Shown: piece after piece, positions 24,855-33,769 of the stretch
How the letters are laid out: the number at the start of each line of letters is the position of its first letter
How positions within the stretch are numbered: position 1 is the stretch's first letter
NCBI GenBank assembly: GCA_965224245.1
Contig: CBDCYW010000006.1
Span: 1-33,769, forward strand
DNA from: Candidatus Eiseniibacteriota bacterium
GTDB taxonomy: Bacteria > Eisenbacteria > RBG-16-71-46 > CAZAMP01
Reading direction: 5' to 3'
Length of the DNA: 33,769 nucleotides
Translations under genes and position numbers: made by a program
The notes under the pieces: model-generated
Database searches by the model: none
What the model was told of the DNA's origin: nothing
What the model saw: only the letters and a program-made list of their open reading frames with translations

Positions 24855-25646
24855 ATGTCCCCCCGCATCATCGCGGTCACCAACAACAAGGGTGGCGTCG
24901 GAAAGACGCACACGGTCTTTCACCTCTCCGGCGCGTTCGCGGAGCAAGGGAAGCGGGTCCTCGTCGTGGACCTCGACCCGCAGGGCAACCTCACGAGTCT
25001 CCTGCTCCCGAACCGCGAGCGCCCCGGCACGCTCTTCGACGTCCTCGTGGAAGACGTCCCGCTCGCGCAGACGGTACACGCCACCGAGTTCGACGGCATC
25101 TCCATCGTGCCGTCGACGCCGCAGCTCGAGAACCTCGACGCGTTCCTCCAGAACGAGCCTGACGCGCAGATCCGGCTCGCCGACGCGCTACAGGAACTCG
25201 CGCACGGCGACGCCGAGCCGTTCGACGTGATTCTCCTCGACTGCCCGCCGAGCCTCGCGCTCACGACGCGGAGCGCGCTCGCCGCGGCGCGGCACGTCCT
25301 GATCCCGCTCGAAGCGGACAAGTTCTCGGTCGAAGGCCTCGACCGGCTCGTCCGCGCGATCCAGTCGCTCAAGCGAGCAGTGAACCCGCACCTCGAGATC
25401 GCCGGGATCCTCATCAGCCTCTTCAAGGAGCGGCGGACGATCGAGAACCTCTACGCCGAAGCTCTCGGTGACCGGGCCATCCACGTCTTCGAAACGCGCA
25501 TCAAGGACTCGACCAAGTACCGGGAGGCGATCACCGCCCGGCGGCCCATCACGCACTACAAGCCGACGTCGGAGTTCGCCGACGCCTTCCGGAACCTCAC
25601 CCGTGAACTCGAGCAGGCCTATGCCACCCGAACCCAAGAAGCGTAA
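24855..25646 (+). CDS. parA: ParA partition ATPase (copy 2)
   Basis: Same as 3541-4332. Confidence 0.95.
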   Translation: MSPRIIAVTNNKGGVGKTHTVFHLSGAFAEQGKRVLVVDLDPQGNLTSLLLPNRERPGTLFDVLVEDVPLAQTVHATEFDGISIVPSTPQLENLDAFLQNEPDAQIRLADALQELAHGDAEPFDVILLDCPPSLALTTRSALAAARHVLIPLEADKFSVEGLDRLVRAIQSLKRAVNPHLEIAGILISLFKERRTIENLYAEALGDRAIHVFETRIKDSTKYREAITARRPITHYKPTSEFADAFRNLTRELEQAYATRTQEA

Positions 25647-26553
25647 GACCGCCCGGGACCGCCTGGGGGGCATGGTCGACAAGACCGTCAGCGTCCTCGA
25701 CGAGGAACGGAGCATCGAGGAGCCGGCCTTCGAGCACACGATCGAGAGCGCGGAAGTGCGGGCCGCGCTCCGACGGAACCGGCAGTACGGCGACCTGCCG
25801 CTCAAGGTCATCGAGGCCGACCCGGAGCAGGTCCGGAAGGTCGACACCACGAGCGAGGCGTTCGCGGAGTTCGCCGGGTCCATCCGCGAGCACGGCGTGC
25901 TCGAACCCATCACGGTCCGCTGGATCGCCGAGCGCGAGGTCTTCCAGGTCGTGACCGGCGAGCGCCGGTTCCGGGCGGCCCAGGTCGTCGGGCTGGAGAT
26001 GATCCCCGCCATCGTCCGCGAGTTGAGCGACACCACGAAGGCGATCCACCAGCTCGTCGAGAACATCCAGCGCGAGGACATGAACCCCATCGACGAGGCC
26101 AAGGCCTTCCGGCGCTACCTCGCCGCCACCGGCGGCACGCAGGAGGCCCTCGCCAAGGCGGTGGGGAAGAGCAAGGCCTACGTTTCGCAAATCATGAGCC
26201 TCCTCGAGAAGCTCACCCGGGAGGAGCAGGACGACCTCTCGGGAGTTTCGCCGGCGAAACTCCCCGGGAAATCGCTGATTCTAGAGGCGATCCGGATCCC
26301 CGACCCGGAAATTCGGCGGTCGGTCCTCCGCGGCGAGCTCACCCGGGACCAGGCACGGAAGCAGGTCCCCCGGCCTTCGAAGGCCCCGCAGCGCGGGCGC
26401 CCGAAGCATGCCTCAAAGAGCTTCAGCGTCGACGACCCACCAGCCACCGTGACCGTCCGGCTGAAGACCGGGACCCTGGACGAGGATGCCGTCCTCCGGG
26501 CGATCCAGGCCGCTCTGCGGCAGCAGCGGAAGCAGTCGAAGAGCCAGTCATGA
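25621..26553 (+). CDS. parB: ParB partition protein (copy 2), with internal palindrome at 26241-26264
   Basis: Same as 4307-5239. Confidence 0.95.
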   Translation: MPPEPKKRKTARDRLGGMVDKTVSVLDEERSIEEPAFEHTIESAEVRAALRRNRQYGDLPLKVIEADPEQVRKVDTTSEAFAEFAGSIREHGVLEPITVRWIAEREVFQVVTGERRFRAAQVVGLEMIPAIVRELSDTTKAIHQLVENIQREDMNPIDEAKAFRRYLAATGGTQEALAKAVGKSKAYVSQIMSLLEKLTREEQDDLSGVSPAKLPGKSLILEAIRIPDPEIRRSVLRGELTRDQARKQVPRPSKAPQRGRPKHASKSFSVDDPPATVTVRLKTGTLDEDAVLRAIQAALRQQRKQSKSQS

Positions 26554-26566
26554 CCCCGATCCGAGC

Positions 26567-26676
26567 AAGGGCTGTTGTGTTAGTAGAAAAGGGCTGTCGT
26601 GTTAGAAAACAAGGGCTGTTGTGGAAGCGAATCAGGGCTGTCGTGTTAGAAAACAAGGGCTGTTGTGTCAGAAAAT
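26567..26676 (+). repeat. Five 22-bp iterons (copy 2)
   Basis: Same as 5253-5362. Confidence 0.9.
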
Positions 26677-26796
26677 CGCAGCTAAGCCGCTGCCACTAGC
26701 CAAGTTATCGCATGCCTAATATTCTTACTGTATTAACTTACTCACACACACGGGAAGCAGGTGTGTGCGTTGACTGATCACGAAGACCCCAGACCC

Positions 26797-28440
26797 ATGC
26801 CGCAGCATCCGAAGGAGGATCGAACCCACGTCGTCGTCGCGAACCCCCTGGAGGGGATCTCGCCGAAGCTCATGCGCGAGGCAAACCTCCTGCGCCTCCC
26901 GACCTTTCCGCTCCAGAAGCGTCTCTCGTCCCGCTTCCGTTCCGACAACCACTCCGGGTTCTTCCGGCACCAGATCGAACGGCCGTCGCGGCCCGACGGC
27001 AAGGCGGGGCCGGCGGTCTGGCGCGTCGAGGGACCGGTCCGGCCAGCGGACAAGTCCACGTTCGTCGGCGTCGAGTCCTACCTCCGCCACCGCTTCCGGG
27101 ACGCGGCCGTGCCGCGGCTCGTCGAGGTCGAGAAGATCGGACCGGTGCTGCGCCACATGGGCATTCGCGTGCCCGGCAAGCGCGACATCCAGGGCTTCGC
27201 CGAGAGCGTCCACAGGATCGTCGGCACGACCCTGTACTCCGCTGGCTTCTGGAGGGGGTTCCGGGCCGACCGCGAGAGCGGCCGCGAGGAGGAGTTCTAC
27301 GTGACGGCGAGCTTCCACCTCTACGACGCCGCGTACTTCAAGGGCGACCCGCTTCCCGACGGATCCTACCTGGCCCGGGGCATGGTGCTGCGGTTGAGCG
27401 ACGAGTACCTCGCGAGCCTGAACACGGCCAAGGTGATCCCGCTCGACTACGACCTCTGGATGAGCCTCCGCAGCACGTCCTCGCCGGGGAAGAAGGGGCT
27501 CGAGGGGAACTACGTCGCCCGCCGGCTCCTCGAGATCCTCTCGCCGAAGTTCTACGGCATGGTCCTCTCGCACGGCACGCACCTGCAGCAGGACTACGAC
27601 GAGCTCTGCGAGTACCTGCCGCTCGAACCCCGAGGCTACCTGTCCCAGGCGAAGGCCAGCCTCCAGACGGCCCACGAGTACCTCGTGAAGCGGCGCTTCC
27701 TCGGCCAGGAGCCCGAGTGGGAGTGGACCGCCCAGCGCCGGCGGCTGGTATACGCGCCCGGCGACCGGTACTACGATTTCCACCACGGCCAGCAGATCCG
27801 GCTCTTCGAGGGTGGTGAGGAGGCCGGCGGGACCGAGGAGAAACCCCGCACCGCGGCTGCGACCGAGCAGCACCCGGAGCCCGTGCTCGTGGACGAGCTC
27901 GTCCGCCGGGGCTTCGAGCCGCGCCAGGACGCCGAGACCTACGTGCGGACGCAGGCCGAGGAAGTCCGCCGGCAGCTCCCCTGGTTCGACTACGAGCTCG
28001 AGCGCCAGGGCGATCGGATCCAGAGCCCGGGCGCCTGGCTTCGGAAGCGGATCGACCGCCGCATGGGCAAGCCCAGGGGCTACGTCAGCCCCGAGGAGGT
28101 CGCGGCGAAGCGCCGGCGAGTGGAAGCCGATCGAGACGCGAAGCGCCGGGCCGCCGCCGAGGAGGACGACCGTCGGGTGAACTGGTGGAAGTACCAGACC
28201 CCGGAGGAGAAGGCGCGGTCCTACATCGACGGGGTGTGGCTGTTCCGCTGGAAGAACAAGCACGGCTACGACCGCGAACCGAGCCAAGCCGAAAGGGACG
28301 AGGCCTACCAGACCCAGATTCGCAAGCTCGAAGTCGAGGCCAAGGCCCAACGGGCCGCGTACCGGCAAGAAACTGGCCAGGTTCCACCAGAGCCACCAGG
28401 ACGCACGGAGAGCGCCGTTTCGGTTCCGGACAGGGGTTGA
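26797..28440 (+). CDS. Plasmid replication initiator (copy 2)
   Basis: Same as 5483-7126. Confidence 0.7.
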   Translation: MPQHPKEDRTHVVVANPLEGISPKLMREANLLRLPTFPLQKRLSSRFRSDNHSGFFRHQIERPSRPDGKAGPAVWRVEGPVRPADKSTFVGVESYLRHRFRDAAVPRLVEVEKIGPVLRHMGIRVPGKRDIQGFAESVHRIVGTTLYSAGFWRGFRADRESGREEEFYVTASFHLYDAAYFKGDPLPDGSYLARGMVLRLSDEYLASLNTAKVIPLDYDLWMSLRSTSSPGKKGLEGNYVARRLLEILSPKFYGMVLSHGTHLQQDYDELCEYLPLEPRGYLSQAKASLQTAHEYLVKRRFLGQEPEWEWTAQRRRLVYAPGDRYYDFHHGQQIRLFEGGEEAGGTEEKPRTAAATEQHPEPVLVDELVRRGFEPRQDAETYVRTQAEEVRRQLPWFDYELERQGDRIQSPGAWLRKRIDRRMGKPRGYVSPEEVAAKRRRVEADRDAKRRAAAEEDDRRVNWWKYQTPEEKARSYIDGVWLFRWKNKHGYDREPSQAERDEAYQTQIRKLEVEAKAQRAAYRQETGQVPPEPPGRTESAVSVPDRG

Positions 28441-28522
28441 CCCGTCCTGGACCCCGAAACGCGCTCCTGGACCCCTCCACGCAACGCAGCGAAGCCCTCA
28501 CGGATCCACCACGCCTCACCCC

Positions 28523-28723
28523 ATGTCCCTCGATGCCTACACCGCATGGATCTTCACGGTCGGCGCTCTGACTGGTCTCGGTGTGGTCGCCTTGGGCTAC
28601 GCCACCTACCAGCAGGTCTGGATCCTGCGCTATCTGCGCCGCCGGCGCCGAGGCCGTCGGCACCGGGGAGGAGAGGGTTGGTTCGGCCCACCCCGCCCTC
28701 CAGACAGAACGCGTCTCGGCTAG
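28523..28723 (+). CDS. Small membrane protein (copy 2)
   Basis: Same as 7209-7409. Confidence 0.5.
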   Translation: MSLDAYTAWIFTVGALTGLGVVALGYATYQQVWILRYLRRRRRGRRHRGGEGWFGPPRPPDRTRLG

Positions 28724-29763
28724 AGACGCCCGCGTGAGCGGTCAGCCCAAGCCAACGACAACCACCGGAGCTGCCCGTGACCGGGTAGGACGCTTCGGAC
28801 TGTCCACCGGACACTCCGGCGCGTTCCTCGGAGTCGGAGGCGAACCACGGACCCGGAAACGCCGGCGTTTGCCGGCGAACCCTCGTGGCCGAGGGTCGAG
28901 GGAACCAAGGCATCGCCCTCGTTCCTCGGGCTCCAGCGGTTGCTCGCCTGCGGCTCGCGTTGGCCTCCCTCCGCTGTCTGCCTGGACGCCCCGACGTGCC
29001 ACTGGCACCTCGGGTCGTGCTGCGGCCTCCAGCTTCCGGTCGGCTTCGTTGCGCGCGCTCGCCCTCCGCCGGGCTTCAGGGAAACCGATTTTGCGTCCAT
29101 CGCACCCTTCGGGGTACGATGAAAAACTGGACACCAGGTCGGCGCTGCACTGGAATGCAGCTCTCCCTGATTTCCAGTTTTTGCGCTCGTAACCTCGCTA
29201 TGCAAAATAGATTTCCCTTTCGCCCGTCTCCGGGCCTCGTCCGAGCCCCTCAACACGTTCCCCCAAGCACACGAGCAGATCGTCGTGCGCATGGGGACCC
29301 CGCACGTGTTGAGGCGGCGTCGCCTCGCTCCTGGCCCGGCGCCGCTGGCGCCGCGCGGAGCGCGTCTCCTTGGGTCTTCGCCCCCACGGGCTGCCTCTGG
29401 TGGTGGCAGCGGACGTGGGGGCTGCGACCTGCTCGGACGAGGCCCGGAGACCTCAAACCGAGACGGACGCCGGGTCCCGCCGGCCTTCGGCCGCCCGGCG
29501 TCCTAGACCTCGCCGGCGCCCCTTGGCGGGGCTTGCTCGGTCACTCGGTTTGGGCCTCGGGCGAGCGCGCGCGGAATGCGGTTGTCCCGCGCGATGGCGC
29601 GGGACCGGTTGCTCTCTTGGACCCCACCCTTGCCGCTGCGACCGCGTGCCCTCGGCGGCTGACGGATCGTTCCCGGTGGGGGGGAGCGCCCCTGCGGAGC
29701 GAAGCGACGGTTGCCCAGGGGCGCGGTGGGTGGTACGACGGAGGCCCGGCCGTCGTGGCCGGG
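28711..29763. other. Nested inverted-repeat structured element (copy 2)
   Basis: Same as 7397-8449. Confidence 0.75.
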
Positions 29764-29771
29764 TGAGCACT

Positions 29772-30821
29772 ATGCAAGGCAAACCTCGGATGCAAACGCT
29801 GATCGATCTTCGCCGCGGGGAGTCCCGCCGGGGCCGCATTCCGAAGGACGAACTCCCGCCCTGGGAGCCGGGCACGAGCGCCTTCCGGGTGCTCCGGTTC
29901 CTCCGGGATTACCGGTACCTCACGAGCGAGCTCGCCGGGATCCTCTACGAGGCCCACCATGGGCGGGGTCGGTACCAGGTCCGGAACCAGCTCACGTTGC
30001 TGGAGCGGTACGGGTACGCGAAGCGGCACCGGCGGCCCGCGGAGGTCGGGTCGAACCAGTACGTGTACACGCTGTCCGTGGAGGGCGGGCACCTCGTCAT
30101 CGACGACAAGGACTGGTCGGCCGAGCGCCGGAAGGTCTACAACCGGGCCACGACGAAGTCGGACTACGAGCACGCCCTGGCCGTGACCTTCCTCCAGATC
30201 CTCTGGGACCTCGGGAGCCGCGAGCATGAGGATCTGTTCAGCACCGAGCTCTACTGGTCAGACAAGCACGGGGACGACCGGGAGATCACCAACGCCTTCG
30301 AGGCGACCGTCGAGGGTGATCCGGTCCGGATTCACCCCGATACGACGGTCCTCATTCGGCACGGCCGGCGGGACTACGTCCGGCCGATCTTCTTCGAGAT
30401 CGAGCGATCGCGGAAGAACGACGAGCGGACCGCGAAGCGGTTCCGCGCGTACGCCGACCTCGTCACGGGCGGGCGGAAGGCCGTGGATGGGGTCTTCCAG
30501 AGGCACATGGGGCTCCGCCCGGAGCCCGGGATGGTCGTCTTCATCGCCGGCGACAGCGACCACGCGGCCCAGCTCTGGAAGCTCGCCCGCCGGCTCCTCG
30601 AGGTGGATCGTGTCGGGCACCGCAAGCTCCCCGAGTTCTGGTTCACGTCGCTTGACGAGCTGATCGAGGAGGAGACTGAAACCGTCGACGTCGGGACGTC
30701 CCGTAGCGGGGTTCCGCGCCGGCGGACCCGCATGACGCGGCGGATCATCCCGCCGCCGGCGTTCTTCGCCGAGGAGCTCTTCGTAAACCTCCACGGAAAG
30801 CGCGGTCGCCTCGTGGTGTGA
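29772..30821 (+). CDS. Replication-relaxation-family protein (copy 2)
   Basis: Same as 8458-9507. Confidence 0.75.
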   Translation: MQGKPRMQTLIDLRRGESRRGRIPKDELPPWEPGTSAFRVLRFLRDYRYLTSELAGILYEAHHGRGRYQVRNQLTLLERYGYAKRHRRPAEVGSNQYVYTLSVEGGHLVIDDKDWSAERRKVYNRATTKSDYEHALAVTFLQILWDLGSREHEDLFSTELYWSDKHGDDREITNAFEATVEGDPVRIHPDTTVLIRHGRRDYVRPIFFEIERSRKNDERTAKRFRAYADLVTGGRKAVDGVFQRHMGLRPEPGMVVFIAGDSDHAAQLWKLARRLLEVDRVGHRKLPEFWFTSLDELIEEETETVDVGTSRSGVPRRRTRMTRRIIPPPAFFAEELFVNLHGKRGRLVV

Positions 30822-30863
30822 ACCCACAAGGCACGTCTTCCATCGTGCTAGGGGTATCGGGCG

Positions 30864-32222
30864 ATGAGCCGCGACTACGATGTCTTCATCAGTTACGCAC
30901 ACGAGGATAGTGGGTTCGTCGAGATGCTCGCGGAGGATCTCGCCAAGTGCGGTTTGCGGGTGTGGCGTGACACAGAACAGATCGTCGTCGGAGACTATCT
31001 ATACAAGAAGCTTCAGGAGGGCCTATCCTGGTCCAAGCTGATGGTCTGCATTGTTTCGGAAGCCTACCTTAAGTCGGCTTGGTGCGAACACGAACGTGTC
31101 GACCGCATGTATCGAGAGGTAGAAGCATCGCGGATCGAAGTCCTACCAATCCTCCTCGACGATTCTCCCATTCGTGAAATCTTTCCAGGGAAGATCTACT
31201 GCGATTTCAGAGACATGCACCACTATCACGAAGCGGTGGATCGGCTCCTTGACGCCCTGTTCACTCACATCGGTCAGAGGAGCGATCTGACCCCGTACTT
31301 TGACAACACCGTGCGTTTCAACGTGTGGACGCCGCAACGGGCTTCTGTTTGGTACTCATGCAGGAAGCAGTTCTGGTACGAGTTCATCGCGGCGGAGGTG
31401 ATCTACGGTCGGACTGGTGGTGCCAAGTCTCGCCTGAAGGCCTTGAAGGAGTCGAGGGCTGTACGGCAGCTAATAGGTTACAAGGTGCGTGCTGAGATGA
31501 AGCGCTACCTCAGGGGGTGGGCAGACACGGAACCTGGTCAACTGGCTGATCGCATCCGACAGTTCGTTAGAGATCAACACGGCCCTACGCCTACGCCAGT
31601 GATGGAGTTCAACAACGGGATTCCGGTCACGCCGGAGCAGCTTCAGAACTGGATCGAAAGAGGCGTGGAAAGGTATCGCACGTGGCGGGACTCCCTCGCA
31701 TCTCGTTACTCCGACTCCAACGGGTGGTCCACCGACAGGGCCCCGTTTTACAGCCCGCGCTACCAGTTCACGACGCCAAACTTCAAAATCGACGTGGGCT
31801 ACACTCCCTTCGCTTGGACCGAGGACGAATCGACGGTTCTCTTTCTTGAAAACCGTCGCACGGACCGAACTTCTTCGCGGGCGAAGCGCCGGTTTAGGCT
31901 TCACGCTCTCGCGCTTTCACAACGCCGGTCCAAGACAGCGCGAGAGATCGCGGCACAGATCCTCTTTCTCGATGATGGCGTGGTAGAAGAAATGGTCTGC
32001 GAACCCTCGGAACTCGGGCAAGTGCAGCGAGAGACGCTGGCCATCGCCGAGCGCTATCATCGTGATCGCGTGTCGCGGCAACCAATTCAAGCTGACCTAG
32101 AACAGGTGAAGTGCCGCACCTGCAAGTACCTTAGCGTTTGCCATGAGGGTCTAGCCTTTCTCGATCTGCCAGTGAGTGGTGATGTGATTCCGCGCGAGGA
32201 GAATCAGACCCCGTTGTTCTGA
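30864..32222 (+). CDS. TIR + Cas4/AddB-like fusion (copy 2)
   Basis: Same as 9550-10908. Confidence 0.8.
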   Translation: MSRDYDVFISYAHEDSGFVEMLAEDLAKCGLRVWRDTEQIVVGDYLYKKLQEGLSWSKLMVCIVSEAYLKSAWCEHERVDRMYREVEASRIEVLPILLDDSPIREIFPGKIYCDFRDMHHYHEAVDRLLDALFTHIGQRSDLTPYFDNTVRFNVWTPQRASVWYSCRKQFWYEFIAAEVIYGRTGGAKSRLKALKESRAVRQLIGYKVRAEMKRYLRGWADTEPGQLADRIRQFVRDQHGPTPTPVMEFNNGIPVTPEQLQNWIERGVERYRTWRDSLASRYSDSNGWSTDRAPFYSPRYQFTTPNFKIDVGYTPFAWTEDESTVLFLENRRTDRTSSRAKRRFRLHALALSQRRSKTAREIAAQILFLDDGVVEEMVCEPSELGQVQRETLAIAERYHRDRVSRQPIQADLEQVKCRTCKYLSVCHEGLAFLDLPVSGDVIPREENQTPLF

Positions 32223-32645
32223 GACGTACCGGGCGGCGAGCGGATGAGCGCGTAGGCCCGGTTGTGCTATTCTGCTCTGTACAGCCATGCAGCGTCGCGC
32301 CCGCCCCGCTTCGGCAACAGCGGATTTGGCGCGGTCACGTGGCACCCCCTGGTACGGGGTGGTGCGTGCGCGCAGTCACGAGTACCAGTCGTGGCCCGCG
32401 TGGGCGATGCCGGTTTGCTGTCGTACATTGGCCCCGCTCTTCGACGGCGGGGCCTTGTCGTCAGCTACCACTCGGGAAGGCGAAGGAAATCACCTCGCAC
32501 TAGCCCCGGAAAGCGATTGACGAACTCCCCTCGAGATCCTCGCTAGCCCTCTTCGTCCCCCTCTTCCGCTCTCCCCGATCTGCTCCGCGCGCCCGTGCTC
32601 ACCGGGGCGCGCGCTGACTCCTCAAAGATCAAGGAGGTCCGTGCC

Positions 32646-32930
32646 GTGGTAGCTCCACGAGACCGGTCCCGATTCCGCCTCGGGCAGACGGTCATCACCC
32701 GCGGTGCCCTGGGCACGCTCTCCGGCGACGACGTCGCGACGGCGATGCTCCGTCACGCTCGTGGTGACTGGGGCGAGCTCGTCGCCGAGGACCGGGCCGC
32801 GAACGACCGGGCCCTTGAGAAAGGCGGCCGTCTGGTCTCCGCCTACCGGACCGCCCGGGGCACCAAGTTCTGGATCATCACCGAGGCCGACCGCTCGGTG
32901 ACCACGGTACTCCTGCCCGAGGAGTACTGA
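32646..32930 (+). CDS. Conserved small plasmid protein (copy 2)
   Basis: Same as 11332-11616. Confidence 0.8.
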   Translation: MVAPRDRSRFRLGQTVITRGALGTLSGDDVATAMLRHARGDWGELVAEDRAANDRALEKGGRLVSAYRTARGTKFWIITEADRSVTTVLLPEEY

Positions 32931-33063
32931 TCCGGCCGCAATCCCGTAACTGACGATTCGTCGTCCGACCCTGACATCATCCCGACCCGCGATCGTTCGT
33001 CTCCGGGCACGTATGCGCGTCGCCTGGAGCCCGAACTGCGTTCGGGTCAGAGAGGAGCTGCTC

Positions 33064-33504
33064 GTGTCCGACGAGCCCCGCTACCGCGTCGGTGAAGCCG
33101 GAACGCCGACCTACGAGGCGCCGCCCACGAGACCGGTGACCGAACCCGAGCGTGTCTCCACGCTCTGCCGAGGCCTGGCCCGGCTGCGGGTCGAGGTGTT
33201 CCAGGTGCTCCTGCTCGATGCCCGGCACCACCTGATCCGCAAGGTCACGGTGAGCCGCGGCAGTCTCAACGCCAGCATCGTTCATCCCAGGGAAGTGTTC
33301 CGGCCGGCCATCGTGGCCTCGGCCGGCGCGATCCTCCTGGTGCACAACCACCCGTCTGGGCACCCGGAACCGTCCCGGGACGACCTCGAACTCACGAAGC
33401 GCCTGGTGCGCGCCGGCGAGCTTCTCGGGATCCCGGTGCTCGACCACATCATCATCGTGAAGTCCGGGTACCTCTCGCTTCGCCGCGAGGGGCACCTCGG
33501 GTGA
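33064..33504 (+). CDS. radC: RadC-like JAB-domain protein (copy 2)
   Basis: Same as 11750-12190. Confidence 0.92.
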   Translation: MSDEPRYRVGEAGTPTYEAPPTRPVTEPERVSTLCRGLARLRVEVFQVLLLDARHHLIRKVTVSRGSLNASIVHPREVFRPAIVASAGAILLVHNHPSGHPEPSRDDLELTKRLVRAGELLGIPVLDHIIIVKSGYLSLRREGHLG

Positions 33505-33601
33505 ATCCAACCGCGGTCGTCCGTTCCAACGGGCGACCGCTCTTCTCATAGCGGTCAATGCACCGACCGTGCTAGCATTGAATCCGATAAGGAGGTCTGC
33601 G

Positions 33602-33769
33602 ATGCGTATCAATCATGCAGTGGAGTTCGAGTTCTCCGGATGTGAGTACCATCCTCCCGCTCCTGCCGGCGTAGCCTTCGATCTCGAAATGGCTAAGCGC
33701 CTCCTCGGGGAGGCTGGGCATGTCGACCCATCACAGTACCAACTCAACATGTATCGGGATCTGTTGTTG
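33602..33769 (+). CDS. Hypothetical protein (copy 2 of 12288-12557), cut by window end
   Basis: Same as 12288-12455. Confidence 0.55.
   Translation, partial: MRINHAVEFEFSGCEYHPPAPAGVAFDLEMAKRLLGEAGHVDPSQYQLNMYRDLLL

Larger units (their letters stand above)
21315..33769 (+). repeat. Direct repeat of 1-12455 (offset 21,314 bp); second, partial copy of the unit
   Basis: ORFs in 1-12455 recur at +21314 with the same translations; the window end (gggatctgttgttg) matches 12442-12455. Confidence 0.98.

Noticed and set aside
1-33769. Prophage, IS elements, tRNA or rRNA genes
   Set aside because: No structural, terminase or transposase motifs and no tRNA/rRNA-like sequence recognised by eye.

Overview
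The window is 1.58 copies of one 21,314-bp unit: 1-12455 recurs at 21315-33769, and I saw no differences between the two copies' ORF translations. It is best read as a small, high-GC circular plasmid that was over-assembled or is present as a head-to-tail multimer. The backbone has an HTH-parA-parB operon with two candidate parS palindromes, five 22-bp iterons plus an AT-rich tract and a Rep initiator, a ~1-kb nested inverted-repeat element in front of a replication-relaxation-family nuclease, a small conserved plasmid protein plus a RadC/JAB protein, and a short tyrosine recombinase. About 12 of the 21 kb is known or probable anti-phage/conflict cargo: DprA-like + PRTase, a YejK/NdpA-like protein + RelA/SpoT-type synthetase, a TIR fused to an apparently inactive Cas4/AddB-like Fe-S domain, a protein with a C-terminal PD-(D/E)XK domain, a Shedu-like nuclease, a fused R-M-S restriction-modification enzyme, and a RloC-like Rad50/zinc-hook ATPase. 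The most promising novelties are the large structured element beside the Replic_Relax gene, the TIR/dead-Cas4-like fusion, the NdpA-like/alarmone-synthetase pair and the recombination-site-like motifs flanking the Shedu gene. All family calls come from recognising motifs by eye; no database searches were run.
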